64,000 nucleotides of DNA from an uncultured Candidatus Saccharibacteria bacterium (GCA_964594415.1 CAZQLQ010000001.1:159265-223264), one strand, 5' to 3'; positions 30,580 to 40,301 are shown, counted from the stretch's first letter. A program made the numbers and translations. The notes: generated from the letters alone by a model not told the origin.

Positions 30580-32654
30580 TGAATTTAAAGACCTCTATAG
30601 TAGAAATTGACGGTATCGGTAAAGAACATGCTGCTTTATTAAATAAGTTAGAGATCTTTACCATGGAAGACCTGCTTTGGTACTTGCCATTTAGGTGGGA
30701 TGATTACTCCAGAATCGTTAATATCCGTGATGTAAAAACAGGCGAAGTTTTATGTGTATATGGAGAAGTGCAGCAAATATCGAATAAAATCAGTAAAAAA
30801 GGACTGAATATAACAGAGGCAATTATTGCCGACGAAACAGGTACTCTAAAAGTTGTCTGGTTTAATCAGCCTTATTTACAAAAAACTTTTAAGAAGGGTG
30901 ATAAGGCATTTTTTGCAGGCAAAATAGATTTTAATTACGGTGGATTCAATCTCCAGTCACCTAGTTATGAAAAAATTACTTCATCAAATGAAGGTGAAAG
31001 CGTGACAAGAACTGAATTGATCCACGTAGGCGGACTGATACCGGTTTATCATGAAACTGAGGGAATCTCCTCGAAATGGCTTCGGAGTAGAATTAAGCCC
31101 ATAATGAAATATATCTACAGCATAAAAGACTATTTGCCGGAAAGCGTAAAAGGGCAATATGACCTTATTGGCTTGCCTGCGGCAATCAGGCAAATGCATT
31201 TTCCAGAAAACTTAGCTCAGATTAAGAAAGCAAGAGAAAGGCTTGATTTTGACGAATTGTTTTTACTACAAATAGAGGTGCTAAATGCGAGAAAAAACCT
31301 CCGTAGCAAAAAAGCAATTGCAATCCCTTTTAATGAGGATCTGAGTCAGAAATTTGTTCAAGGTCTTGGCTTTACCTTGACTAATTCTCAACGTAAGGCA
31401 GCATGGGAGATAGTTCAAGACTGCAGTAAATCTGAGCCAATGAATAGGCTTCTTCAGGGTGACGTAGGAAGCGGAAAGACAGTTGTTGCGGCTCTTGCTA
31501 TGGCGAATGTAGCAGCAAATAGTGCACAATCAGTTTTGCTTTGCCCTACTGAAATACTGGCAAAGCAACACTTTGCAAAAGTTTCTAAAATGCTTGAGCC
31601 GTTAGATATCAGCTGCGCCTTAATAACCGGTAGTATGTCAAAGGCGGAAAAAGACGAACTTATTACAAAAATATATGAAGGCGAAGTATTGGTTATTATT
31701 GGGACGCATGCGGTTTTGAATCAAAATATTAAGTTTTGGCGTTTAGGACTTGCAATAATAGATGAACAGCATCGTTTCGGAGTTGAGCAAAGATCTGCAC
31801 TTAGAAAAGAAAGTGGTGAAATAGGAACATTGCCACATTTTCTCTCGATGACGGCGACTCCTATTCCACGCACCCTTACTCTAACCGTTTTTGGTGATTT
31901 GGATATTTCTGTTCTGAATGAGTTGCCACCAGGTAGAAAAAAAGTTATTACGAAGATTGTTCCTGAAAACAAAAGAGCCGATAGCCATAAGTTTATCAAA
32001 GAAGAAATCCAAAAAGGAGGTCAGGCGTATATTGTTTGTCCTTTAGTGGAAGATAAAGACGAAGAAACGGATAAAAAATCGGTACTAGGAGAATATGAGA
32101 ATTACAAGTCGAACATATTTCCCGATATCGAGATCGGGTATGTTTATGGTGGTATGAAGGCAAAAGAAAAAGAATCGGTCATGAGTGATTTTCTAGACGG
32201 TAAGATAAAAATTTTGATTGCTTCTTCCGTAATAGAAGTTGGTGTAGATGTTCCAAACGCATCCATTATAGTAGTTGAAGACGCCGATAGATTTGGGCTC
32301 GCTCAATTGCATCAGCTTAGAGGAAGAGTTGGCAGGGGCGACAGACAATCTTATTGTTTTCTTTATACCAAGTCAATTTCAGATATCGCTGTAAGAAGGC
32401 TAGATTCAATTACTAAGATTGATGATGGCTTCAAATTGGCAGAAGTTGATCTGGAACTAAGAGGACCTGGAGAAGTTCTTGGAATAAGGCAGCACGGTGT
32501 TTTGGGGATTAGGGCAAAGAATCTGACAAATGTTGAATTAATTAGAAAATGCAGAATGGCAGCTACGAAGTTCCTCGAGAATAACGACTTGGATAACTAC
32601 CCTTTGTTGAAGGAGAAGTCAAAAAGCTTTAACTATATTTTGAACTTGGAGTGA
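30579..32654 (+). CDS. recG: ATP-dependent DNA helicase RecG
   Basis: Wedge domain N-terminus. Helicase motifs GDVGSGKTVVA, DEQHRFGV, TATPIPRTL. Confidence 0.9.
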   Translation: MNLKTSIVEIDGIGKEHAALLNKLEIFTMEDLLWYLPFRWDDYSRIVNIRDVKTGEVLCVYGEVQQISNKISKKGLNITEAIIADETGTLKVVWFNQPYLQKTFKKGDKAFFAGKIDFNYGGFNLQSPSYEKITSSNEGESVTRTELIHVGGLIPVYHETEGISSKWLRSRIKPIMKYIYSIKDYLPESVKGQYDLIGLPAAIRQMHFPENLAQIKKARERLDFDELFLLQIEVLNARKNLRSKKAIAIPFNEDLSQKFVQGLGFTLTNSQRKAAWEIVQDCSKSEPMNRLLQGDVGSGKTVVAALAMANVAANSAQSVLLCPTEILAKQHFAKVSKMLEPLDISCALITGSMSKAEKDELITKIYEGEVLVIIGTHAVLNQNIKFWRLGLAIIDEQHRFGVEQRSALRKESGEIGTLPHFLSMTATPIPRTLTLTVFGDLDISVLNELPPGRKKVITKIVPENKRADSHKFIKEEIQKGGQAYIVCPLVEDKDEETDKKSVLGEYENYKSNIFPDIEIGYVYGGMKAKEKESVMSDFLDGKIKILIASSVIEVGVDVPNASIIVVEDADRFGLAQLHQLRGRVGRGDRQSYCFLYTKSISDIAVRRLDSITKIDDGFKLAEVDLELRGPGEVLGIRQHGVLGIRAKNLTNVELIRKCRMAATKFLENNDLDNYPLLKEKSKSFNYILNLE

Positions 32655-32655
32655 T

Positions 32656-33030
32656 ATGGAGGCCGAAAGAAAGATTAAATTGCAAGAAAGAATAGGGGTT
32701 TTCTTATTAGTATGTATCCTTATTATGGTAGGACTGATTATGACTAAAACCGATAAGGCAGAAAGCAAGTTTGTTTCGAACAGTCAAAACCAATTCAATA
32801 ACTCTACGACTACTACTAAAAAGATAAATAATTCAAATACGAAGATCAGCATTAATAAAGCTTCGGTAGAGGATCTGGACACACTTCCGGGAATAGGTGC
32901 AGTGATAGCTGGAAGAATCGTAGAATATAGGACTCAAAATGGTGGCTTTAAGTCGCTTGATGAACTCAAAGAAGTTTCGGGAATAGGGGACGCAAAGTAT
33001 GAAAAAGTGAAAGATCTTATAAGTTTGTGA
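32656..33030 (+). CDS. comEA: ComEA-like helix-hairpin-helix DNA-binding protein
   Basis: N-terminal TM. C-terminal tandem HhH (LDTLPGIGAVIAGRIV, VSGIGDAKYEKV). Confidence 0.8.
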   Translation: MEAERKIKLQERIGVFLLVCILIMVGLIMTKTDKAESKFVSNSQNQFNNSTTTTKKINNSNTKISINKASVEDLDTLPGIGAVIAGRIVEYRTQNGGFKSLDELKEVSGIGDAKYEKVKDLISL

Positions 33031-33253
33031 TTTTTCTATCACTTGAAAAAAAGCGTTAAAAGTGCTAAACTTTACAAGTTAATTCATGGTGGGTTCGCGA
33101 AAGCGAGTACAATTTAATAAAGAGCATTGACGAAACATTTCCATGCAATTAACACTCTTACAAATTAGTTTGCCGCTATTGCGGACCCACGCACTTAGAA
33201 AAGTGCGGGGTAATCTGGCGAACGATTTGTGACTAAATAGATTATTGGTGCAT

Positions 33254-33340
33254 GCCGCGGTGGCGGAATTGGTATACGCGCTAGTCTTAGGAACTAGTGC
33301 CAGTGATGGCTTGCGAGTTCGAGTCTCGCCCGCGGCACCA
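33254..33340 (+). tRNA. tRNA-Leu (anticodon UAG), class II with long variable arm, CCA encoded
   Basis: Manual fold: acceptor GCCGCGG/CCGCGGC, 3-bp D stem, anticodon stem CTAGT/ACTAG with loop CTTAGGA (anticodon TAG), long variable arm, T-arm GCGAG-TTCGAGT-CTCGC, ACCA 3' end. Confidence 0.85.
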
Positions 33341-33351
33341 GAATTATATAC

Positions 33352-33378
33352 AAGAAGAGGCCCTTGAGCCTCTTTTTT
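33352..33378 (+). terminator. Terminator after tRNA-Leu
   Basis: GAGGCCCTTGAGCCTC hairpin plus TTTTTT. Confidence 0.55.
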
Positions 33379-33476
33379 AGATTGAAATTTTATTCATTTT
33401 ATGCTAAAATGCTCTCGTTAAATTCAGTTTTGCTCGTAAATTTGGACCTTAAAAAACAGCTAAAGGAGGAAGGAAA

Positions 33477-33908
33477 TTGGAAAAACGTTTTCCCGTTATT
33501 ATTATTCTAGGCTTTCTTATGCAAAGGAATTTATCAACAGATGGCATGGGCGGCATATTGAAGCTACTTTCTTTTATGACAGGAAGAGCTTTGAGTGAAA
33601 TGCCAGGTAAGGAACTATGCGAATGCTGCAGGGCATCAATCTTGAAGCAGTTTCCCCAGTTTGATGCGAAAGCCTTAAAAAAGGTGGGTGAAGATCTTGA
33701 TTCCGAGCTGTCAGAGTCAATGAAAATGATTGGCGACGATCCCTTCAAAAGCTTAGCGAAAAGACAGGAAGCTGCTTCTAGAGAAGCGGTCAACTCGGTA
33801 TTGGAAAAATTTTATTCTGGAGAATATGATATTTATTTTGAAGGAATGATGCCAGTCAAACAGCTCCCGGAAAAAGTTAGAGAATTCTATTTGGCGGCTG
33901 ATTCATAA
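33477..33908 (+). CDS. Hypothetical protein
   Basis: ORF preceded by GGAGGAAGG RBS and an upstream TGCTAAAAT -10. Confidence 0.4.
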   Translation: MEKRFPVIIILGFLMQRNLSTDGMGGILKLLSFMTGRALSEMPGKELCECCRASILKQFPQFDAKALKKVGEDLDSELSESMKMIGDDPFKSLAKRQEAASREAVNSVLEKFYSGEYDIYFEGMMPVKQLPEKVREFYLAADS

Positions 33909-33938
33909 GCTTAGTTATCGAATGCTAGACGGGAGTGA

Positions 33939-34292
33939 TTGGCTATTTGTGAAGACATTTTAGAAATGGAAAAAGTGATACAGCTAGCAATTCCTAAAGA
34001 GATATTGGATGACCTTATAGCGGGAAAAATTAACTTTTTCTCTCTCAATGTGAATTTTCCCAGGAGAAGAAAAAGTGTCCTCTCTATCGTCAGAAAACGT
34101 AAAGTTGGCAATGAAGGAGAAACTCAAGAACCTTCAGATGAACGTCTTTTTCTAACAAAAAAGGGCTTAGAAAAAAGATTTGGATTTGAATGCGTCGACT
34201 CCTTAAGAAGGGAGAAAGTAAAATTTCTTCAAATAACGAGCAAACTCGTAAATGAAGAAGTTAAACTTGTAAAGCTCGTGATTTATTATTGA
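33939..34292 (+). CDS. Hypothetical protein
   Basis: ORF only. No RBS verified. Confidence 0.3.
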   Translation: MAICEDILEMEKVIQLAIPKEILDDLIAGKINFFSLNVNFPRRRKSVLSIVRKRKVGNEGETQEPSDERLFLTKKGLEKRFGFECVDSLRREKVKFLQITSKLVNEEVKLVKLVIYY

Positions 34293-34309
34293 AAAAGCTT
34301 TAGAATATT

Positions 34310-34339
34310 GCGCTGATTAATGTAGTCAGCGCTTTTTTT
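34310..34339 (+). terminator. Intrinsic terminator (first of the cassette series)
   Basis: GCGCTGATTAATGTAGTCAGCGC hairpin plus TTTTTTT. Confidence 0.6.
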
Positions 34340-34340
34340 A

Positions 34341-34369
34341 TTGAAAGACTGCTCTTTTTGTGCTAAAAT
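34341..34369 (+). promoter_or_regulatory. Consensus sigma-70-type promoter with extended -10 (TTGAAA-17-TGcTAAAAT)
   Basis: Read directly: TTGAAA ... TGTGCTAAAAT, 17-nt spacer. The same architecture recurs at six downstream cassettes. Confidence 0.6.
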
Positions 34370-34434
34370 GCGCGTGATTGAATCTAATTTTAGATTTGCA
34401 GTGGCATATTGACATTATTAAAAGGAGGAAGTGG

Positions 34435-34755
34435 ATGGTTGAAAAAGCTATTTCCAGTGAATTGTCTAAATCTAAAGGACTTCGACTGATAATCTTTTCA
34501 ATTTTTTTGACAATATTCTCGTTTATGCTTGGTGGAAAGGACGTCGGCTTGTTATTCCTATCATTCTTTCTTTGCGCTTTTAGTTTTTTGTACTTAGTGA
34601 GTACTTTCTATCTTCTTTCTCATGGAAAACTGAGGAAGGTAAAGAATTCTAAAGTAATCTCTATTATTCTTTTATTGTCGCTAGTTCTAATTTTAGGACT
34701 AATATCTCTTAATAATAGTTTTGGGAAAATTTTCAGTATTATTAAGATTAGCTGA
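34435..34755 (+). CDS. Small hypothetical membrane protein (about 106 aa, three TM segments)
   Basis: ATG 8 nt after AAAGGAGGAAG. Hydrophobic segments. The ORF track starts at 34378. Confidence 0.5.
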   Translation: MVEKAISSELSKSKGLRLIIFSIFLTIFSFMLGGKDVGLLFLSFFLCAFSFLYLVSTFYLLSHGKLRKVKNSKVISIILLLSLVLILGLISLNNSFGKIFSIIKIS

Positions 34756-34773
34756 AAACCGTTAAAGAAAAGA

Positions 34774-35124
34774 TTGGGGGGAACTTGCTTGGTTTATACA
34801 AAAGAAGAATCAACTATTGCTTTGAGGGATCTTCGTGAGGGTTCGATAATTTTCTTTGAAGTCATATCGGATATTCGCTCATCCGTTGGTATGGGTATTT
34901 TTACTCTTGAGGAAATAGGTACTAGCGAAAAAGAGTTGGAAGAACTTTGGAGAAAATGTGCTTTGTATGCAGCAAGGTCTTGGCTGTCCGACCTTAGGGG
35001 TCAAATTGAGGATCCTGAAATTTGTATCCATTGGATCCGGAGAAATGCCGAGCTTGGTCAGTTGACTCTTGAAGAAATAGGTACCAACGCCAAAGAGTTA
35101 GCAAATTATTTGACTGTCAAGTAA
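34774..35124 (+). CDS. Hypothetical protein with internal duplicated TLEEIGT-x-KEL motif
   Basis: Two copies of FTLEEIGTSEKELEEL and LTLEEIGTNAKELANY. Confidence 0.4.
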   Translation: MGGTCLVYTKEESTIALRDLREGSIIFFEVISDIRSSVGMGIFTLEEIGTSEKELEELWRKCALYAARSWLSDLRGQIEDPEICIHWIRRNAELGQLTLEEIGTNAKELANYLTVK

Positions 35125-35136
35125 GGAGGTAAAAAT

Positions 35137-35796
35137 ATGCTAGCACTCACCTACAGCATTAGAGCAGAAAATCTCAGATTGACCCTAAAGGGAATGAATA
35201 GGGTTGCTCTAAGGGAAAATGTTCTTTTGGCTGTATATTTCGGAAATGTGGCAATTTTAGAGAGGCCAGAGAGCGATCAGACTAGATTTGATCGTGTCTG
35301 TATGAATCTCGGAGACATACTCATCTCGAATCCCTATACGGGGCAGTATGAAGAGATTCCTTCATGTAAGCTAGAAAGAAGAACTGCTACAGAGGATTTT
35401 ACCGTCTGGAAAGACGGAATCGTGCCTCTTGTAGTTACTGTTTATGCTGACAATTTTTCTCGTCTGTCGGAATACTTCATAAAAAATAAAGCCTTGTTTG
35501 ATGTTGCCTTGTGTTTCGCAGGACTTATTGAGTTCCAATATTCAAAGAATGAAAACGAAAAGAATTTCCAAAATATTGCAGAAGACGCATGGATACAGTT
35601 ATCGGCACAGAAGGAAATAACCGATGACGACTTTGTCTGCATTCTGCTTCTTCTTTTAAAAGGTTGGAAATATGGCGAATCTTTGTTTCGTTGGGGCCTA
35701 AACAAAAGATTCAGGGGCAGCGTAACAACGAAAGAAGAACTAATATCGTTGTTGAAGCTTAATCAGGCAGTAAGTGGCCTAAGGCCAGGTAAGTAG
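35137..35796 (+). CDS. Hypothetical protein
   Basis: ATG preceded by TAAGGAGGT RBS. Confidence 0.5.
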   Translation: MLALTYSIRAENLRLTLKGMNRVALRENVLLAVYFGNVAILERPESDQTRFDRVCMNLGDILISNPYTGQYEEIPSCKLERRTATEDFTVWKDGIVPLVVTVYADNFSRLSEYFIKNKALFDVALCFAGLIEFQYSKNENEKNFQNIAEDAWIQLSAQKEITDDDFVCILLLLLKGWKYGESLFRWGLNKRFRGSVTTKEELISLLKLNQAVSGLRPGK

Positions 35797-35947
35797 ACAA
35801 TGCAAGTTTCTAAGGGCTGGAGATTTTGATAATCTTCAGCCTTTTATTTAATTTTTTTTCAATTTGTGTTATCATTCACGCGGAAAATAAACTTTTCATT
35901 GTGCAAAAGCTTACTCAGTATCTTAAAAATTAAAGGAGGTGTATTGA

Positions 35948-36553
35948 TTGCCTGACGTCGGTAGAGAGTTTTTAACTCCGGAAGAATTAGTTCGAAGTGT
36001 CGTCAAGATCTGGTCACGCAAAAAAGAGGTAATAGAGCGGTTTGGGCAGGCAGAAGGAGTTTGGAATTCATTTCCTATCATAGAAAGCGGGTTGCTAATG
36101 GAGGGAGCAAGTCGGCAATGGCTTGTAACTTTTTGTGAAGCCAAAAAGATCGGAAATGGGTCGAGTATGCCATATCGGTGCTATGTTTCGGGTTCACCAA
36201 TTAAGGCTATCCCTGATCAAAAATCAAAAAAATCAATATTTCAGTTGTTTAAAAGGGCAAAAGAAGACAAGTCTCCAACTGATAACTTCTCCATAACGGA
36301 AGACCATGTCAGCGTTTTGCTGGGAAAAGGTACTTTGCTGTCAAATGCGCTAGTCGTAATTGATTCCCAAAACAATTTAAGAATTCTAGAAAACAGATTT
36401 GCAAATAGTCATCTGAGGAATTTCTACCAGAAAAAAAATTTTTATAGTAAGGAGATATCTCTTGTCGCTGAAACAAAATCAGAAGAGGAATTATATAATT
36501 CAGATTTGATAAATTATCTCTCTGCACTGCTTCTGTCGGTATTAACCCAATGA
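35948..36553 (+). CDS. Hypothetical protein (TTG start)
   Basis: TTG start 6 nt after AAAGGAGGTG. Confidence 0.45.
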   Translation: MPDVGREFLTPEELVRSVVKIWSRKKEVIERFGQAEGVWNSFPIIESGLLMEGASRQWLVTFCEAKKIGNGSSMPYRCYVSGSPIKAIPDQKSKKSIFQLFKRAKEDKSPTDNFSITEDHVSVLLGKGTLLSNALVVIDSQNNLRILENRFANSHLRNFYQKKNFYSKEISLVAETKSEEELYNSDLINYLSALLLSVLTQ

Positions 36554-36561
36554 AATTGAAA

Positions 36562-36588
36562 GGCTTGTGTTTTCACGAGCCGCTTTTT
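36562..36588 (+). terminator. Intrinsic terminator
   Basis: GGCTTGTGTTTTCACGAGCC hairpin plus GCTTTTT. Confidence 0.5.
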
Positions 36589-36593
36589 AATTC

Positions 36594-36622
36594 TTGAATT
36601 TGTGCCTATTCTAAGGTAAACT
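36594..36622 (+). promoter_or_regulatory. Cassette promoter (TTGAAT-17-TAAACT)
   Basis: TTGAATTTGTGCCTATTCTAAGGTAAACT, near-identical to the cassettes at 37408, 38740 and 40212. Confidence 0.55.
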
Positions 36623-36674
36623 GTGCAAACAAAGAATTTTTGAGAAGCTTGACAAAGAAAGAGGAGGGGTATTT

Positions 36675-37349
36675 GTGGAAAAGGTTACTATCAACGTAGA
36701 AACACCGTGGATTCTAGAGGGGAAATATGATCCAGAAAAGGAGTTTTGGTCGTCGTCGAAAATAATTGATCATGTAATATGCAATTTGGTGTTAGCTTCG
36801 CCAGATTTTAACAAGACCATTCTGCTGCCTGAAAATCAAATAACAAAAGTCTCAGATAGCGAGTATTCTACAATTTTCCAAAAGACGATTTTTGCATGGA
36901 GCGAATATCGGTCATTGATACACATAGTTATCAATGGCAAAAGATGGGCAGTCGGAGTTGGATCTGGGTCAAGTAATTTGGTAAAGGTGGCAAGTAACGG
37001 GATTCTAGATATAATCGCTCTGCCAGTAGAGGTCGGCGAAAATGGGATAGACCCTTATGATGAATTTTATGTAGATCTAATGACTAATCATAATTACCGT
37101 AAATCTTTGTTAATAGCTTTTGACGACGGTAGTTTTGGTTCAAGTCGTTGGAATGTTAGCCGCTGGAGCCATAGGCTAGAACCTATCTGTGAATTCATTG
37201 AAAACGGTTTGGATGAATTTACTGTTTATGCGAAAAAAGATGATCCAGACTTTGTTTGGGCACAGAAATTTAAATCTGTTCCTATGTACAAGCCTGAACT
37301 GGCTGATAAGCTTTCGGAATTAATGATTTGTGCTCTTAGTTACCGATAA
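36675..37349 (+). CDS. Paralog family A member 1 (GTG start)
   Basis: Shares INGxRWA...(L/I)DI(I/A)A(L/V)...NHNYxKSL(L/I)(I/V)A...FIEN motifs with the CDSs at 38042 and 41042. Confidence 0.6.
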   Translation: MEKVTINVETPWILEGKYDPEKEFWSSSKIIDHVICNLVLASPDFNKTILLPENQITKVSDSEYSTIFQKTIFAWSEYRSLIHIVINGKRWAVGVGSGSSNLVKVASNGILDIIALPVEVGENGIDPYDEFYVDLMTNHNYRKSLLIAFDDGSFGSSRWNVSRWSHRLEPICEFIENGLDEFTVYAKKDDPDFVWAQKFKSVPMYKPELADKLSELMICALSYR

Positions 37350-37379
37350 AGGTAGCTAAAGTAGCCATTGATTTATTAT

Positions 37380-37407
37380 CTCGCCCGCGTACGCGCGGGC
37401 TTTTTTA
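37380..37407 (+). terminator. Intrinsic terminator
   Basis: CGCCCGCGTACGCGCGGGC hairpin plus TTTTTTATT. Confidence 0.65.
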
Positions 37408-37436
37408 TTGAATTTGTGTCTATTTTAAGGTAAAAT
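37408..37436 (+). promoter_or_regulatory. Cassette promoter (TTGAAT-17-TAAAAT)
   Basis: TTGAATTTGTGTCTATTTTAAGGTAAAAT. Confidence 0.6.
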
Positions 37437-37473
37437 GCATAGGCAAAAACTTTGAGGATCTTGAAAAAAGGGG

Positions 37474-38019
37474 TTGATTGTATTGGCAGATGACTATCTT
37501 ATCAGCTCGAGCGAAGTATTGAGTCAAGTTTGTCAACTATTTCTGGAAAATCAAAACTGTGAAAGGTTTGAGTTTCCAGAATGTCCACAAGCACAGGTTT
37601 TTCCTGAGGAGAAGGATATGGCCACTTTCCCAGAAGGCATATTGATCAGAAGCTGTGGTAATGATTGGGTTATGGCTGTTGGGTATGTTATCGGAGGAAA
37701 AGAAGTTTATGATTGCAATCTCGTTGTAAAGAAAATTTATTGCCTCAACTCCTCAATGTCTTATGGAGACAGAAGAGACGAGGTGATCAAGGTCCTGGAA
37801 TTACCCAATCCTTTATATGGCACTTTGATATTCGGGGCTGAAGGGATACTGGGGTGTAGAAATGTCAAATGGCTAGTCGACGCCCTTAATAATGCTAAGA
37901 AGGAATATGTTTTGGCTGCAGAGGATAGTCAGCAAGATTTTTGCTCAAAGCTTTTTTACGGCCCAGAAATTATCAAAAACTTATATGAGGGAGTATCTTT
38001 TTATCTCCAAGTTGCATAA
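37474..38019 (+). CDS. Paralog family B member 1 (TTG start)
   Basis: Shares (F/L)PECP motif and the (I/V)L(I/L)xxS...(V/L)xxVG block with the CDSs at 38824 and 41913. Confidence 0.55.
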   Translation: MIVLADDYLISSSEVLSQVCQLFLENQNCERFEFPECPQAQVFPEEKDMATFPEGILIRSCGNDWVMAVGYVIGGKEVYDCNLVVKKIYCLNSSMSYGDRRDEVIKVLELPNPLYGTLIFGAEGILGCRNVKWLVDALNNAKKEYVLAAEDSQQDFCSKLFYGPEIIKNLYEGVSFYLQVA

Positions 38020-38041
38020 ATATTTTGTTGAGGAGAGGATA

Positions 38042-38674
38042 TTGTTGGGTAATAAAAAATATTTTTTAACAGAAATTCCAGACGATTTCAGTGAAGAGCT
38101 TCATTCGGCAAAAAGTATTTTGTCCAGGGTCTATGTGCATATCATTTCAATGGCCGGAAAAGACTGTCGCATTAAGTTCAAACATAATATAGAAGCAAAG
38201 GTTCATATTAGGGACATTGAAGACATAAAAATTTCTGGCATGGCCTATTATCATTATGCGGATATTGTAGACTTCGGAGTCAACACGTATGCTCTAGCCA
38301 GAGGCAACATGTATATTGTTGAAGGCCCGCCAAGCATTAGCTACGCAGTAGATATTGTTGCGATTCCCATTGATGTAAATGGGAAAACCCACAATGATCT
38401 AGGGGTAGAAATATCCCAGGCACTAGCCGGAAATGAAAACTATCAGAAAAGCTTAATCGTTGCCTATTATGATGGCACTTTCCGAGCTAGTTCTTCAAGC
38501 GAATGCTTTGAAAAGGTATCGGGCTTTATTGAAAACAGGATTCCTGAGTATGCCATTGTATCTGCAAAAAGAGATAACGAATTCATAGCTGGAATCGACA
38601 AGATCCTGTACAAAAGGAATCTCGAGGACGATTTAGAAGAATTCGTTCATAAACTCTTATCCCTGCTTATCTAG
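38042..38674 (+). CDS. Paralog family A member 2 (TTG start; 5' end overlaps previous gene in another frame)
   Basis: NENYQKSLIVAYYDG and FIENRIPEYAIVSAKRDN align to family A. Start chosen after GAGGAGAGG. The ORF track begins at 37892 in the overlap. Confidence 0.55.
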   Translation: MLGNKKYFLTEIPDDFSEELHSAKSILSRVYVHIISMAGKDCRIKFKHNIEAKVHIRDIEDIKISGMAYYHYADIVDFGVNTYALARGNMYIVEGPPSISYAVDIVAIPIDVNGKTHNDLGVEISQALAGNENYQKSLIVAYYDGTFRASSSSECFEKVSGFIENRIPEYAIVSAKRDNEFIAGIDKILYKRNLEDDLEEFVHKLLSLLI

Positions 38675-38710
38675 TTTTGATATCAAAATATAGGTTGTAT
38701 ATGTAACATA

Positions 38711-38739
38711 AGGCCCGCATAAAAGAGCGGGCTTTTTTC
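38711..38739 (+). terminator. Intrinsic terminator
   Basis: AGGCCCGCATAAAAGAGCGGGC hairpin plus TTTTTTCTT. Confidence 0.6.
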
Positions 38740-38768
38740 TTGATTTTTTGCCTATTTTGAGGTAAAAT
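38740..38768 (+). promoter_or_regulatory. Cassette promoter (TTGATT-17-TAAAAT)
   Basis: TTGATTTTTTGCCTATTTTGAGGTAAAAT. Confidence 0.55.
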
Positions 38769-38823
38769 GTGCAAGCGTATTTTACCGAGCAATTTAACAA
38801 AGAAATAAAAAGGAGGAATTCAT

Positions 38824-39438
38824 GTGGAGGCTAGTTTGCTAACTCCAAAAATGGTTTTTGATGGTGTGATTCAAGAATTTATGCAAATTCAAGGTACCGG
38901 ATATCATGAGCTTCCGGAATGCCCATTATCAGAGATGGGAGTGTCTGGCATTTACTTGAAACATGAAAAAGCTATAATCTTGACTACCTCAGAGAAAAAA
39001 ATCTTACTCTCTGTTGGGAAGGTTGTTTTAAACGAAAATGAGGACGACCTGCTAGATTGTGGTCTTATCATTAGCGAAATTTCTCTCAACGATTCAAGAA
39101 TTAGAGAGCAAATACTCGGTTTCCTGCAAGACAATTCCGTATTCCTTGGAAGTGCTTTTTACGGATGGAAAAACGGCTACATTAGTATGAACGAAGACAT
39201 AATACCTACCCATGAATTTATTGGCGTGCTCGTAGACAAGCAAAACAAAAAAATTAAGGAATTAATGCCTTGTTATAGTGATAGCTTAGAAAAGAATAAT
39301 CTAACTTTTCGGCTGAGCTATACCCCAGCATTATACGAAAAGGAGTTTGTGCGTAATTTCTACTCAGGGCTGAAGGCTTATATCTATGGGCGTTGGGGTA
39401 ACTATAATATTACAGAAAATTTATCCTGCATGAGGTAA
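38824..39438 (+). CDS. Paralog family B member 2
   Basis: YHELPECPLSE and ILLSVGKVV blocks align with family B. Confidence 0.55.
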   Translation: MEASLLTPKMVFDGVIQEFMQIQGTGYHELPECPLSEMGVSGIYLKHEKAIILTTSEKKILLSVGKVVLNENEDDLLDCGLIISEISLNDSRIREQILGFLQDNSVFLGSAFYGWKNGYISMNEDIIPTHEFIGVLVDKQNKKIKELMPCYSDSLEKNNLTFRLSYTPALYEKEFVRNFYSGLKAYIYGRWGNYNITENLSCMR

Positions 39439-39473
39439 GAACTGTTAAGCTGATAAAAAAGGAGGAGATTGGA

Positions 39474-40154
39474 TTGCCAAACGGCGTACAAATCATATTA
39501 AAAGCAATGGAACTTATAAACGATCCTTCGTGGCCACCAGAAGAAAAGTATATTACTATTTCTCGAGAGGATTTTCTAAAGAAAGGATGTCCAAGTTGTG
39601 GTTTTAAAATCGGTCACAAATTTAATTTTCGACCAGAAGGCTATACTTGGGGGTGTAATAATCCAAACTGCAAAAAATATTGTTTTATTCTCTCAGATAA
39701 ACTCAGTGCGATCCCGGATAATTTAGTAAATATTTTACCGGAGCTTATTCCTCATCCGCGCCGAATCCGGATAAGATCACATAAGAAAAAGATTACGGAA
39801 GACGGCGTAAAGCTTTTTGGAATTTATAGGCCTAGCCCGGGAGATATTGATTATGGTAGGGGTAACTGCTCTTGTTTTGCTTGTGTCGATAGTCTTGAGA
39901 ATCAATTCAATCTTAAGACGAGAACTACTATTGTCTTGTATGTTCGTTTAAAGGAAGAATGCGAGGAAATTATGAGGATGTTTGGTTACGGCGCTTATAT
40001 AAGCGAAGAAGAGGGTCAATCAGACCTTTTCAAGTTATCGATAGGCGCTTGTCATAAGCATTTTGACAACCTGGTTTGTCTGCTGAAACTTTTAAGGAAG
40101 GACAGCTGGATAACGCCGGAAAAAATCAAAAAAGCCAGAAATTATACTGGTTGA
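39474..40154 (+). CDS. Paralog family C member 1: Cys-rich zinc-ribbon protein (TTG start)
   Basis: CPSCG...GCNNPNCKK treble-clef-like motif and second cluster CSCFAC...CHKH. 35-40% identical to the CDS at 40302 by eye. Confidence 0.6.
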   Translation: MPNGVQIILKAMELINDPSWPPEEKYITISREDFLKKGCPSCGFKIGHKFNFRPEGYTWGCNNPNCKKYCFILSDKLSAIPDNLVNILPELIPHPRRIRIRSHKKKITEDGVKLFGIYRPSPGDIDYGRGNCSCFACVDSLENQFNLKTRTTIVLYVRLKEECEEIMRMFGYGAYISEEEGQSDLFKLSIGACHKHFDNLVCLLKLLRKDSWITPEKIKKARNYTG

Positions 40155-40168
40155 AGTTTAGCTAAATA

Positions 40169-40210
40169 GCGCTTATTCTGTCTGCTATAGACAGAATAAG
40201 CGCCTTTTTT
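40169..40210 (+). terminator. Intrinsic terminator (long perfect hairpin)
   Basis: GCGCTTATTCTGTCTGCTATAGACAGAATAAGCGC plus CTTTTTTATT. Confidence 0.7.
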
Positions 40211-40211
40211 A

Positions 40212-40240
40212 TTGAAATTTCGTCCGTTTTAAGGTAAAAT
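40212..40240 (+). promoter_or_regulatory. Cassette promoter (TTGAAA-17-TAAAAT)
   Basis: TTGAAATTTCGTCCGTTTTAAGGTAAAAT. Confidence 0.55.
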
Positions 40241-40301
40241 GTGCGAACTGAAATTGAGCTTGTAGCTGGTAAATTGACAACAAAAAAAGGAGGAAAAGGG
40301 A

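Noticed and set aside
33090-33200. Shared motif GGTG(T/G)GTTCGCGAAA(A/G)CG at 26163 and 33097, and a long-range complement GTGGGTTCGCG / GCGGACCCAC upstream of tRNA-Leu
   Set aside because: There are only two copies and the pairing is imperfect. This is insufficient to call a riboswitch or leader, but it is listed in case a covariance search is run on these intervals.
33449-33793. Minus-strand ORF overlapping 33477-33908(+)
   Set aside because: The plus-strand ORF has an RBS and a promoter-like TGCTAAAAT upstream. The minus ORF has neither.
37892-38041. 5' part of ORF 37892-38674 overlapping the family B1 gene
   Set aside because: The overlap is in a different frame with no RBS. A GAGGAGAGG RBS and TTG codons at 38042/38045 give a start consistent with the family A alignment.
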